A stretch of DNA of 64,000 nucleotides from Rhizophagus irregularis (taxonomy: Eukaryota), in contig NC_089433.1 of NCBI RefSeq assembly GCF_026210795.1, positions 5,332,001 to 5,396,000 of the forward strand, read 5' to 3'. Under the pieces are notes generated by a model. It did not search any database and had not been told where the DNA came from. It was given only the letters and a program-made list of their open reading frames with translations. The first letter of the stretch is position 1. Each line of letters starts with the position of its first letter. The position numbers and the translations under genes were made by a program. This document shows positions 39,583-53,310 of this stretch, piece after piece.

Positions 39583-41539
39583 ATAATTTTTCATTCTAAA
39601 GAATCACGTGATACCGGATAAATATTTTCCTGTAGCAATATGTTTTAATCATTCTTAAAAAATCATCAAAACTTTTAATTAATTTATTTCATATAATTGG
39701 ATTCATTAATAAATGAATTAGCTAAATTAGTAAGTAACATTGGTCGAATAAAATATTTTTTTTTTTGTTCTTCAAAATCATTAATTTCAGCATTATGACA
39801 AAATGATAAATAAATTTTGTATATCACTTTTAGTTTGATATTTTAATAATCGTAATTTTCTTTTACTTGATTTTTAAATTAAGAAAGATATCTAATGCCT
39901 AAATAGCCTAATGTATTAATTTGAAGAATATCATTTTAAAGAAAATAATATATTTGAATTTTATCCATTTATTTGGATGAATATTTCAATTGTATTTTGG
40001 AAGTTTCATTTTTTTCTTTAAACAAAACAAAAAAGAGTCAAGTGAAACAAGTTAATCTTTGGGTATCACGTGAGGTAAAAATTAACATGAAATAAAACAT
40101 GGGCGTATTAGAAATGATCTGTAGGTGTACATTTTTGACACAAAATCTTTCAACATTTTATTTGATTACGTGTTCGTATAATTAATGAATGGAATTTAAT
40201 AGGATATAAAATTAACTAATTGCTCATATTGTTTTTATGCTAAAATGATACATTTTCAAAATTCAAGAACGAGGGTGACCGAGTCACTCCAGACTCCCCT
40301 TCCTAGGCTTTTTTTTTTATTTTTCACTTATTTTTCACTTATTTTTCACTTATTTTATTTTTTTTTCATTTTTACTTTATTTCCTTTTGTTTTTTCTGAT
40401 TCCTTAAACATGGATAACAAATAATAATAACGTGTTAGATTATAACTAAATAATCAATATTACCGATAAAAAAAAATTGATATGATTACTAATTGATCTT
40501 TATTCTAGCAAAACAAAGTTAAATAATTGATGGTGTCATTATTATATTTATAATATTTGGAACTGATGGTTTTTATAAACTGAATTGATTTTTACGTCTG
40601 CCTAAAGGTATTTTATAGGTAGCTTTATTTTGGCCTTTTACTTGATAAATTAAATTCTACTAATTAAAATTTATCATATCGGCTGATTGGAAAAATCAAG
40701 CCAATTAATATTTAAGCTCAGTTGATGGGTTCATTATATAACTGATTGGTTACTTATCGTCATTAGCATATAAAATTATGGGGGGCTTTTCTGATCAGCC
40801 GATATGTTAAATAAAATTTAAAATTATTATGAGTTTTGGCTTATAAATCACTTAACTAAAATTTAAATTCTACTTATTAAAATTTATTAAATAAAATTAA
40901 AATTATTACTTAACTAAAATTTATAATATTTAAAAAAGAATAAATTACAGCCACCTAACCGCAAGAAGAAAGCATCAACTATATACAGTACATGTGGCTG
41001 CAATTTAATCCAAAATCCGAAGTGAAACTCTGGTTGAAACTTAAGAACATGGCCAAAATTATTTAGTAATTCTGGTCATATTTGTAGTCCGTCCAGAATT
41101 ATAAATCACGTTCCTGTGATAGAATTTTGTGATACACGAATGTTACACAAAATTCATAATGCGGAATGTATAGTGCTGGCCAGACAATTTCGGCCTGAAT
41201 TTCAACTTTTGGCGGGTTCCAGTTTCGGGAATGACTGGCCAAACCCAATTATGCTGAAATTAATGAGTATTAGTCACATGTATAAACAACTAGGTAGCTT
41301 CAAAGCTGAAAAAATATAAATTTCAGTAAAGTATTATTTTTATTTATTCAGTTTATTATGTGGTTTTGCTGCGCAACAATGAGACGGATGTGCAAATTTG
41401 TTTGTTATACAGTACATGTAATGATGCAATGCTACTTGTGATCCACATAATGCATTTTGCATTACCATACTAATAAAAGTGTTTTAATATTAATTAAAAT
41501 AAAAGATATTTATCTTTTTCAGTTAGGAAAAACATATTA

Positions 41540-42755
41540 ATGGCTTACAGTGATGATAAAGGTAAATCAAATATAGCAAGAACACTTAATACAATTAGAA
41601 TTCACAAAATTTTTTAACCAATTTGCAATATAATAAAACCAGTTTCCAGTAGTATTGAAGAATTTGAAGAAAGTGGCACTGAAAAATTTGTAGGAAGTAG
41701 TATTGAGAAATTAGAAGGAAGTAGTACCAAAGAATCTAAAGGTATATCAAACAAGCTGAAATATTAAATTTTATTTGTAAATAATTCAACTTATGTAATA
41801 TACATATATAATTTAAACTAACTATATTAATTTAAACTAACTATATTATATAAAATTATATAAAATAATTGTTTCATTTAATGATTAATAATAATACTAT
41901 AGTTAGTAAGTTATCAGTTAATTAAATTTTAGTTTTTTACTTTACTTATTTACGTAATATAGCTAAATTTTTTGTTTAAATAACTATTTAATAATTGACT
42001 GTATTACAGATGGTAAATTACAATATGCATTATATATATCATATCTGTTTAATATTCTATATAACTCAACTAATTATATTTTTAATATAAATAACTAGAT
42101 TGTAAGTGATGCATTTAATTTACAGTAAATACTTTGTATTATGTTTATATTTAACTAATTAATTAATAATATTACAGGGTGTAAGTTATATTTATATTTC
42201 TACTATTATTTATTATATAATTTAAACTGACTAAATTCTTTATTTAAAAAATTATTTTGTAATTTCTTTTAGTTGTTAAGTTATAAGTTATTTATTTAAT
42301 TTTATTATTACTTATTGTTATAATATTTACATATCATTTAAATTATCTAATTTCTTTATTTAAAAAATTATTAAATAATGTAGAGAGTAAGTTATTTATT
42401 TAATTCTATTATTACTTATTGTTATAATATCTAATTACTTTATTTAATAGATGGTAAGTTATTTATTTAATTCTATTATTACGCATTTATATAATACTAT
42501 AATTTGAACCAACTAAATTCTTTATTTAAAAAATTATTTAATAATATAGAGTGTAAGTTATTTATTTAATTCTATTATTAATTGTCATTATAATATTTAA
42601 ATTCTTTATTTATAAAATTATTTATAGGGGGTAAGTTATTTATTTATTTAATTCTATTATTACTTATTTAGTATATATATAATGTTTACATATATTTAAA
42701 CTGACTAAATTCTTTATTTAAAAAATTATTTTGTAATTTATTTTAGATGGTAAGT
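41540..42755 (+). pseudogene. Probable gene 5' part with an array of 3-nt microexons, truncated downstream
   Basis: Exons 41540-41561 and 41643-41741 (MAYSDDKVSSSIEEFEESG...), then about ten AG|NNN|GTAA sites between 41903 and 42749. Confidence 0.6.
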
Positions 42756-42810
42756 CATAAACCAGTTATTTATTAATTCTATTATTACTTATTTATATAA
42801 TATTTACATA

Positions 42811-43070
42811 TACAGTAGGCGATCGCTTTGAAATCCTGTTTCTTGTTCGGTTGGGGATAAGTAGGTGAAAATATAAGTAGGATGAAAAATATGTAGATGA
42901 AATAGATGATGTAAGGAAATAAGTAGGTGAAATAGGTGGTATAAGTAGGTAAAAATGGTGATATAAGTAGGTAAAAATATAAATAGGTGATTTAGATTAT
43001 GAAATAAGTAGGATATAAGTAGGTAAAAATATAAATAGGTGATTTAGATTATGAGATAAGTAGGTGAGCC
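42811..43070. repeat. TE-end-like sequence with ATAAGTAGG(T) subterminal repeats
   Basis: Starts TA|CAGTAGG; repeated ATAAGTAGG/AAATAGGTG motif with a short tandem duplication. Confidence 0.55.
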
Positions 43071-44123
43071 AGAACTGGCATTTTCATACTACTATACTGC
43101 AACGTCATTCTGATCTAGATTCAAGTCTAAATAAAAAATTAATATATTATAAAATTTGAAAAAAATTAGTTTATAAAAAAAAAACTATATTAGTAAAAAA
43201 AAATGGTGAAAAAAAAAATCAGTTTTAAGTGAATTTAAAAATTAAAACTATTCTCATATAAATTTATTTTTAAATAAAGATGGTGTTTTTATTCTTTTAA
43301 TGATTATTTGTTTGAACCATAAAAAAATTTTTTTTATAATGAGATGTTATTTCTGACCAAAAATTCTATTTTTGTATTACATAACCATCCGGTTTAGTGA
43401 AAAAAAATATACCTGAATTATTAATTTACAATTTACATAATTTTCATAATAAATTGAATTTTTTCTTTTCTAACGAATTTTTCTGACAATCTCTCATTAT
43501 ATTATTTCATCATTAATATTTTAAATTACGAAAAATTTTAACAATTAAAATAGTCATATCATAAACTATTCAATTTATTTTTGAACTTTTGATGGCATCG
43601 TACATCTATTAATATTAAAAAGCCTATCAATCATAAAATTTTAAGATATGATTAAAATGATGCTCTCACGGAATTAATTATCAATTTTTAAATTAGACGA
43701 AGGTTTCGAACTATAAAATTTAGCCAATTATGATCCGCTTATATAATCCAATTTTCAAATTTTTTGCAGATTATGGCGTAAATAGAAGTAGTATTTCATG
43801 TATTCCATTTAGCCATTTTTGTAAAAAATCAACATTATTAATAAATACGGTAACAAGTTTTTTCACTCTTTCACAAATTTACTAAGTTATAAAATATAAA
43901 CATAACAGATAAATGAAAAAAAAAATGAATTTTGGTTACAGTTTTATGTTTAAAATCTTTATTTATATAGAATATTCTTAAATATAAAATCTGTTAAATC
44001 TATATGTACTATATATTATAAAAATTTATAAAGTATAAATGAAAAAAAATAGGAGTAAACTAACTTCAATACACGAATTAATATTTAAACTATTTAACTT
44101 TAACTTTCACATAAAAAGAAACT

Positions 44124-46011
44124 TCATTCAATATTATCTTCACCATCTTGACAAATTTCATTTAGCTCTATAAAAAAAACAATAAATTAGATATAGAATA
44201 TCAATAAAATTACAAATAATAATAACTTACCTAATTCACTTAATTGAACATCTAAGCATTCTGAAACTGTATATTATGAATTTATAGTATTTAAATGTTA
44301 GTAAATTTAAATAAAATAATTATAATAATAAAGGGAATACTTACTTGGATTTGCTGATGTTGATTGAGCAGTATAACTAGTATCTATTAAATCATAAAAT
44401 AACATTAATAATGTAAAATGGATTATTTGATAAAACAAAATAAAATTTAATTACCTGAACTGAATTGAAAAGATGATAAACCTGAAGAATTTACTGGTTT
44501 TGGAAGATTTTTGAAATTTAAAAGTCTACTAGTATAAACTGCTTGTGGATGCGTTTTGAAGCTTTTGGATTTATCTTCATTTGACCTGTTTTTGAATTTT
44601 TCCTTTCTAATTTTATCACATTCTTTGATTTGAAAATAAATTTCACCATTTTGACCTTTGGCACCATTATACCATCCATTTAGTGTTTGATACAACTCTT
44701 TAGTGGTTGGTCTATTTTTTATTTCAGCATCCCAACATTTTACCATCAAATCTGCAAGTAACTTTGGTATGTCTTTAGAAATTGTTGGTCTAAGTCCTTT
44801 ACATATTTTAATAGCTAAAAATTCATTGTGAGGAATATCATTAAAAGGAATTTCTTCAGAAAGAAATTCGTTCATTATTATCCCAAATGAGTAAATATCT
44901 GCTGCTTTTGTATATTGTTGTCCACGTAAAACTTCTGGTGCCATATATGGTAATACTCCATAAATTCCTTCTTCTTTAACTGTTTGCTTTATATTTGCTG
45001 GTTGACACATTCCTAAATCACTTATATATGAAGAACTATAAGCTATTAATATATTGCCTGAATGAAAATCTTTGTGAACTTTTTCAGCATTATGAATATC
45101 TAAAAGTCCTCTTGCAATTTGTTGTAATTTATAAATTTTTGAATTATAATTTATATAATTTTCAGATTTATTTAAATAATTTCTCAAATTTCCATCTTCA
45201 CAATATTCTATAACCATCATATAATCTTTATTATTTGGATCTTGAGTAATTCCAAAACATTGAATAATATCTACAAGATGAATCTGAAGATGAGATTTAA
45301 TCTAATTATCATAAAAAAGGAAAAATTTTATTAATAACTGAAATAAATGCAAATAACAAACTTTATATACAAGAAAAAGTAAGTTTAAATTACCTCATTT
45401 AAAAAATCTGAACATATATCAGAAGAATTATTCAAACTTTTTAATGCATATTTATTATTCTTGAATCTAGACCATTTTTGATTTTCAATATCCCAAGTAC
45501 AAATATATCCTTCAGGCCATTCAGCTGAATAAATCTTACCAAAACCACCTTCCGCAATATAAGTGATATTTTGAAATTTTTCAAAAGGTATCCATTCAAG
45601 ATATTTTTTATGATATACAGCATTAAGTTGTGATTGCTGTATAAATTCATCAATATCTTTATTTCCACTAGTCCAATTTTTAAAGTTATCTTTAAATCTT
45701 TTAGCATTACACGATTGACACCAATCTTCTCCAGTGCCAGGTTCTTTACATTCTCCACATATTCCATATGCTTGTTTTCTTTTTTCTAAATCTCCTATAT
45801 AAACTACTCTTTCATCTACATTTTCTGATTCAATAGTTGAATCAATAGTAGGAATTGTAACATGGCGCTTTTAATAGACAATAAATTATTAATATTTTTA
45901 ACTACAAAAATTCAATAAAATAATTTATAATTATTAAAAATATTAAATTGCTATTACCAGATATTTATTATAATCAGTACTCACCCATAAATTTTTTGGG
46001 GTTTCATCCAT
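44124..46011 (-). CDS. TKL protein kinase, single N-lobe (gene D)
   Basis: ATG 46011; exon ~45867-45394 (CGEC..WCQSC, WTSGN, EGGFGKI, YALK); exon 45301-44455 (HKDFHSGN, DLG, APE); three short 3' exons; TGA 44124-44126. First donor ambiguous. Confidence 0.88.
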
Positions 46012-47309
46012 ATTAATTGAGCTGTGGTTTATAATTTTAATTTTAGTTAATATAAATAAATAACTACGTTACTCAAAAATAAATTTCAGAATTATTATGG
46101 CAAAAGAAAAAATTATAAATTGAACGAAGTGCGCTTGCTTATTTGTATTACTTATTTGTACTACTATTGTATACAAAAATTACTATTTTTGTAACAAAGA
46201 AAATTCGTAAGCAGCTGATCATCATCTAACCCGAAATGGTTAAAATGAAAAATGCGAAGTAAAATTATTTTCGGTAATGTAGATCATATAATTTTTTTTT
46301 CTGTATTTTCAAGAAAATAAATAGCAATAAGTCTATAATAGAAAATCATTGCCAAATTATATATCAAAAATAAATTAGTTTGGAATAAACATTTTAATTA
46401 ATATATTTTTAATTAACGAAAATCAAGGTTACAGATTATAGTTCGCACATACAGTAAGCTTTTTTTGTCTCTACGCTAGGAAGATAAATAATAATATCGT
46501 ATGATTGGTTTAAATGAACCTTGTCTAGTAAATATGATAAATGAAAGAAATGTAAGGCATTCCGTATGGAGAAGATAATATTATGAAGATGATCAAACAT
46601 TGAAGGATCGAAATTTTATTGTATATACGTAAATCAATAATAATCTTGAAAAGTTTTATTATGCAATTTTAAATTGAGTAAATTTTAAAACAAAAAGAAA
46701 ATTTATTTATCTTTTATCTTAGTAAATGATATTTATTTAATTATGTATTAAGAGATATATTTTTTGAAAGGAGACCACATTTTCCATATTACCTTTGCAC
46801 TAATCTTACTAATCTTTGATGAGGCGTAAAAAAATTGAGAATGAATAAAGTGTGAAAATTATGGTCAAGTAGTAAATAACTCTTATATTAACAAATCCAT
46901 TTCTACGATAAAAATATTAATAAATGTTTTTAAAAAGGACAATCTAAGTATCTAACGGACTACAGGTTTCATGAAGATAAATACATCATATTTTGAATAT
47001 TGTATTTTTAAGTTCGAAAATTATTATTTATTTTTTATGTATTAAAAAATAAATTCCATTTTCCTTTGTTGCTCTTATTACTATTTTAATTAACATTAAT
47101 ATTTATCTCCTCCAATCTATTTAAATATTATTAACTATACTATTATCATTTAATATTTATATTTGTTTCTAATGGAGTAAGAGGGAGATTAGTTGTTATG
47201 TTAGCTGACATTTCTGTTTTCTTATCGTTATGGTAATATGTAAAAAAAAATTAAGATTTGAAAACACACAAGTGCATGTGTACCAAGCCTATAATTATAA
47301 AGCATTGTC

Positions 47310-47505
47310 GGAACATTTCCTGAATGCCATTTTCCTGAATATATCTTTTCCCGAAGTCAATTACCCAAATACTAATTTCCCAAACTGGACCCTTTCTGAA
47401 AAATACAATTTCCGAATCCATATTTCCCAAACTCCAATTTCTTGAAATCTATTTCCCGAATCCTGAATCTCAAATATCTCGAATCCCAATATCCTGAATC
47501 CTAAT
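47310..47505. repeat. Degenerate short tandem repeat (TTTCCYGAA-like), likely TE subterminal
   Basis: Recurring tttcctgaat/tttcccgaa/tttcccaaa units every ~15 bp. Confidence 0.6.
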
Positions 47506-47910
47506 AATAACCCAAGCATAAATCAACCGGAAAGAATGATCTAGATTTTAAGTACTAAGTCAAAATTTGTTATCATGAAATGAAGAGAGTTGAAAGTGTT
47601 TAAGAAAGTTAATCATCAATTCAAATATTAATCATTTTATAAATTGTCAAGAAAAATAATGAATAAACTAAGTAAATTTAATTGAATAAAATCCCATCAT
47701 TTTTATCAAAAATGATTCTTTACAGCTGATGTTTTTTGATATTTATTTTTTTTTTTGCATTATTCTTAACAATAATTGAGTATTTTAAATTAAATCTAAT
47801 ACACAATGTAAATTTAATTTTCTGGTTATATTTTATGCTTTGAAGTAAATATTTAATACAGTAATATAGTTTAGACATAGATAGATATACTTCTATACTT
47901 CTATGCAAAG

Positions 47911-48250
47911 GTCACAAATGTTCATTATGTCCGTCCGGCACGTACTCTTAAACAGCACGCACTTCGGACTTAAAATGGTTTCCGTTTCCTAGTAGTCGCT
48001 GAATTCTGTAATTATACTACAATACAACATATTTAATAAAGGAAAAAAATTTTTGTAAAATTTTTCTGGCAGGAAATAAAATATTATTTGATAAAATTTC
48101 CAGAAAAATCGTCCAAATTTACGTTATTAGTCCGAAGTGTAACGAAGGACTATATATTATTCGTATCGGTTTCACAAATGTCCTGTTGTCCGTCCGGCAC
48201 GTGATGATGTACAATGCTTCGGACTTGATAACGGTTTCCGTTTCCTAGTG
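47911..48250 (-). mobile_element. Two direct copies of a CACTA-like terminus
   Basis: ~85-bp diverged copies at 47911-47994 and 48170-48250, ending GGTTTCCGTTTCCTAGT(A/G), i.e. (C/T)ACTAGGAAAC on the minus strand. Confidence 0.5.
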
Positions 48251-49429
48251 TTAAGTATGATATGCTAAATATTGGTACTATGTCGTATAATAATTATACC
48301 CCTGATCCATCCACATTAAGGTAATTTTAGCAGGTGTTATATGATAAAAAAAGGAACATTTATTATATTTTTAATATCATATTTATTAATTTATGATGAA
48401 ATTTTTTCTTTTGTTGGAAAGCATAACATAAGAAATATATTAACAACGATGTAAAAATAAAATAAAAAATTTAATAAAAAGAAAATTATAATAATGTACT
48501 GTAGGTTAGAAATTTTAAATAATATTTAAAAACGAGATTTTATTTAACATCTTACAACATCATACAATAATTCAGGATGTTAATAATGAAAAATATGTAA
48601 AGATAATCTTAAAGTATTTATCAAGAAATTGACTTATTAGCAGGGAAGCTGCCATTCGATTTTATTTCGTTATAGTAAGAACTATTTAAAAGAGGAAACT
48701 AAATAGTAAGCTTTATTTACTAATAAATTCATGTAAAATTTTCGTGATTATGTATTTATTAGGGCACTTGGTTAATAACGATACAAAATTGATTAAGCAA
48801 GTTCTAACGTCAATCGGCACATTTCAACTCCGATTTTGTCCTACATAAGTCATGCTTAATGCAACCATAATTTACCAATCAATAATGCCAAACGTGAATA
48901 TGTCACAAAAAAAATTTTTTTCATTTGTTATAAAATTTAAAGAGTTTACTTTAGAGGAAGTCACCATTCCAGCTCATATTTTAGGTAACTTTACACCAAT
49001 TATTCGCTTAGATTAATAAAATAATATTTAAAAAAAAAGAAAATAAAAAATTTTTTTTTTTTTGGCTTATAAAACTATACCTAAGTAATGTAACACCGTT
49101 TTATAATGTATTTTTAGGGCATTTATATTACAACAAAACTTTTTTAAACTTGTGCAGAAGCAACAGTATTTAATATAAAAATGTCCAACAAAAGATTAAT
49201 TATAGATTGCAGATCATTTTGTATAACTGAGTGGCGGCAATTAAGGTTTTATTGGATAAAAATAATGTTTTGTTTTTTCTTGAATGCTTTTATTGTAGTA
49301 TAACTTGTTATTAATAAAAGAAATAAACAATATTAAAAAAATATTATACTAATCATTTAGATAAAAAAAATCATCTATGTAATTTAAAAATTATAATTTA
49401 TTAATTTTCAATTTAACTAATTTTATTTT

Positions 49430-50850
49430 TACTAAATAAAAATATATATTTATCCTAACTAAAAAGTCATGCAAAACATGTTTTTTCAAATAAAAAAAAT
49501 CATTTATTTGATTATATTACTTGAAAGAACAAAAAAAATTTTAGCAAAAAAATACGATAATTAGGAAAATAATTATTATTAAAAATAAGAATCAGAAAAA
49601 AAGGCGCTAACCATAACGGCGTAATGCCATAGTGTTAATCTGATCACTGACCTAGATTCAAGTCTAAAAACTAAATAAACAATAATATACTTATATAACA
49701 ATAATTTTAAAAAAATATATGGAAAAATTATATAAAAAGAATATAGTATAGATTATAAAGGAAATTAAAAATATTTGAAAAATAATTTTGGTTTTAGAAA
49801 AAACAACCCCAAAAAGGAAAGGGTGAGCCAGAAAACCTGAAAAATTTTGTTTTTTAAAAGAAAAAATTAAAAAATTAAAAAAAAAATCAGTTTAAAAAAA
49901 AACTGAAAAAAAATATCAAAAAAGAAATTGGTTAAAAAAACAAATAAAAAAAATGGATTGAAATAATTAGTAATTACAAGTTTCAAATTAGCTAAATCTT
50001 ATTTAATGTAGGCTTCAATATAAATTTAATAGAAAATAGATACTTTGTTATATATATATATGGTGAATACGGGTTTAATTACAATGTAATTGGTACAGAC
50101 GTACAGTACTAATAAAGTCTGTGTTAAAAAAAAAAAAATATTAAGGGTAAAAAGTATTAGTAAGAAAAAAATCCTAAATTTACAATAAGAAAAAAAGAAA
50201 CAAAAAAAAGGTGCTTACCGTTGCCTGCAGCACCGATCTGATCACCCGATCCAAACCTAATGGTGAAAAATTTGGTTTGAAAAAAAAAGCCAACCCGAAA
50301 AAAGAAAAGGTGAAAAAATTTTTTCAGATTGGAAAAAAGCCAAAGCCAACCTGAAAAAAGAAAAAGGTTTAAAGAATTCGAAAAAAACTGAAAAAAAAAT
50401 TTACGAGAAGGGACAAAAGAAAAATAGGGAACCGAAAAGGAAAAGGAAAGAAAAAATAAAAAAAAACTTGAAAAGAAAAAGAAAAAAAAATTGGGGGAAA
50501 AATAAAGAAAGAAATCGGTCTAAAAAAAAAATCAAAAAAATAATATAAGTTATTTAATAAAAAAAAAATAATAATAATAATTTTTCGGTTTTGGAATCTA
50601 AATGGAGAAAAAATGAAAAAAAAAACAAAAAAAAAGAAAGAGGAAAAAAAATGAAAAATTTTTAAAAAAAGAAAAAAAAAGGAAAAGAAAAAGGTGTTTC
50701 GAAAGAGAAATGACAAAATTTGAAAAAAAGAAAAAACCAAAGAAATTGAAAAAAAAAATAAATATTTGAAAAAAAAAAATTCCGATTAATTAGATGTACA
50801 ACATGACTTGCCAATCAATCGGGTCTTAACTATAAAAATACGAATCAGCC
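49430..50850 (-). mobile_element. Degraded relative of the Helitron at 17586-21620
   Basis: 50165-50500 closely matches 20775-21130 (GGTGCTTACCGTTGCCTGCAG...GATCACCCGATCCAAACCTAA); 49440-49670 resembles 17655-18085. Ends not resolved. Confidence 0.7.
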
Positions 50851-51102
50851 AATTATTTTTGTAAATTTTTTTTGATTTTTTTTAACAAAAAAAAAATGTT
50901 TTTACGAAAAAGAGAAAAAAGAGAGAAAGGTAAATCAAAAATGGAAAGACATTTCCATTTTTAATTTTATAAATTTTTTTTTTATTTTTTTAACAAAAAA
51001 AAAAATGATTTTTTTACGTAAAGAGAAAAAGGTAAACCAAAAAATGGGAAGTTATTTCCTTTTCAATCAAAAAAAAAATCCAAAAAACGTTAGTTTCGCT
51101 AT

Positions 51103-53310
51103 TTTTTTTTTTTTTTTTTTAAGGTTCAACTCATATATTTATTAATTTTAGAATAAAGATACAAAACGCGAGTTACAAAAATAAAGCTCTAGCTAACTAG
51201 TTACTAAATAGTTGTGGGGGGATAAGAATTAATTGCTCTACGAGACGATCTAAATCCCACTGCCGACCCATAAACAACTTTCACCCATCTACCTGATGGA
51301 CTACTGGAAGACGTATCAACCTTAATAGCGTTTATAAACTACACTAACACCTACTGCACCTTTAATTAACTACACTACTACTAATAAATTAAAAATTCTA
51401 TAAACATAATAACAAAGAGCTACGCTATTATAGTACACAACAATTATAGTAATCAATTATTTTTCCTCCATATCTAATGTAATTAACTAATCCTTCTGTA
51501 TCATTATATTTTTTATCTGTAGGAGGTTTTTTTGTTGTTATACATTTTTCTTTACCATATTGTTCTTTTAAAACATTTTTTGTAAGTCCTAATGCGATAT
51601 TAATTTCATGATAGACAGAACATCGTTCATTCCAAAAATCTCTAATTAAATCGAAAGAAATTTTCCGGAAATTATATAAAATTTCCTTTGTTTTTTTATA
51701 ATTTTTTAATTTTCCATTAATAAATTTACATAAACTTAAAGGAATTATTCCTTTTATTATATCAATACTTGTAAAAAAATCTTCTCTAATTGAATTATCC
51801 CAAATAAAAGGTAAATCTGGCAAATCAATATCTTCTACATATAATGCTTGATTTTCTATTTGATCATTAATACTATCAATTAAAATTTGTTTTATCTGTT
51901 GAATTAATATAAAATTGTCTTCTGATCTTTGGTTACATGTCCAAACATGATTAAATTCTTCTTTTCTATATTACATATTGGACAAAAACGATCTTTAAAA
52001 ATTGAAAAACATGATTTTTTAATATGTTCTATTGTAGGTATTTCTTCAATAAGAAATTGAATCTTTTTTCGCTTTAACTTAGATTCATAAAAATCTGTAT
52101 GCATAGTACCTTGATCTCCTTGTAGCAGATAAAATGTAATTTCCCAATCTACTTGTAGTTTTCGATATTTATAATTTCGATTAAGATTTAAAAATTGTTC
52201 CAGATTAAAAATATTTGTATATATTTTTAAAAATTTTCTTAAACTTAATTCTATTGGTACACCATTCCAATTAGGAAAAAATTTAATTAATGATAGTGAC
52301 GTTGTTTTAATATTGATTCCTAAATGTTGTATGTAATTATATTTATCTTTCAAATGTTGATTAAATATCGAAAAATTAAGATCATTTTCCTGAACAAGTA
52401 AGATATTAACATCTAATGATAATGTTTTAACAATTTCAAAAATTATAATCCACATATAATTATGGTGTTTTAATTTAAAAATTTGTCGACTTGTTAATGA
52501 AAAAAAATTATTAATTCTATAATTATTATATGTTTCTATTAACGATTTATCTTTTGTAAGAATAGTTATTCTACTATTATCTGGTAATATAATTATAGAA
52601 CATAATAGTGCTAAAATTGATCTAATATAAATGTCGAATTCAAATCAAATGTACTAAAACCAAAAATTGATTCAGCTTTATCTGTGCCTATGTTTTTTGC
52701 TGATCCATCTATATAAGTTAAAAATTGTTTAACGATAGTATTAATCTTTGAGAATATAATAAATCTGATTTATTTAAAGATAGATCTATATATTTATCAA
52801 TTATATTAACATTTTGATTCTGAAAATTCATTATAAACCTTGAGTCCATAACTTTGATAATATTGTGGATTTAAATTTAATTGTTGATTTATTTCCATTA
52901 TCTGAAAAATATCTACGTATTGAGTTTTTGGTAGAACTAATGTTTTATTTTTTTCAAATTTATCTGTAAAATTTTTTGTTTTTTCTCCTACTAAAAACAT
53001 ATTAGATGTTTTAAGCTTTAATAACCATTTTTTTGATTCACGAGTATCATTTGCAAAATTACAACCAGAACAAGTTTGAACTTCCATATAAATACTTTGT
53101 TTATCACTTGTAACAATATAATGTCTAATAATATATTCTTCTCCCTTTTTTTCTTCATCAAAAATTCTTCCTATTTGTAATCCATTATTCCAAAACATTA
53201 TAAATTGTTTTTTCTTAGATTCATTTGGCGAAATTAATTCGTAACCTTTTAAATTATTAATTATATTACTTTACCGATAACGTGGTTTCAATAAATTCGT
53301 ATATTTATCT
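51103..53310 (-). mobile_element. 5'-truncated, frameshifted LINE (RNase H-like and Cys-rich C-terminal ORF2 remnants) with poly(A) tail and TSD
   Basis: T-run 51102-51120; 20-bp TSD with one mismatch AAAAACGTTA(G/A)TTTCGCTAT at 51083-51102 and 53311-53330; YIDGS near 52710, CPIC, FWNER. Confidence 0.88.

Noticed and set aside
45441..45767. 108-aa ORF MEYVENVK...
   Set aside because: Alternative frame of the kinase D exon.
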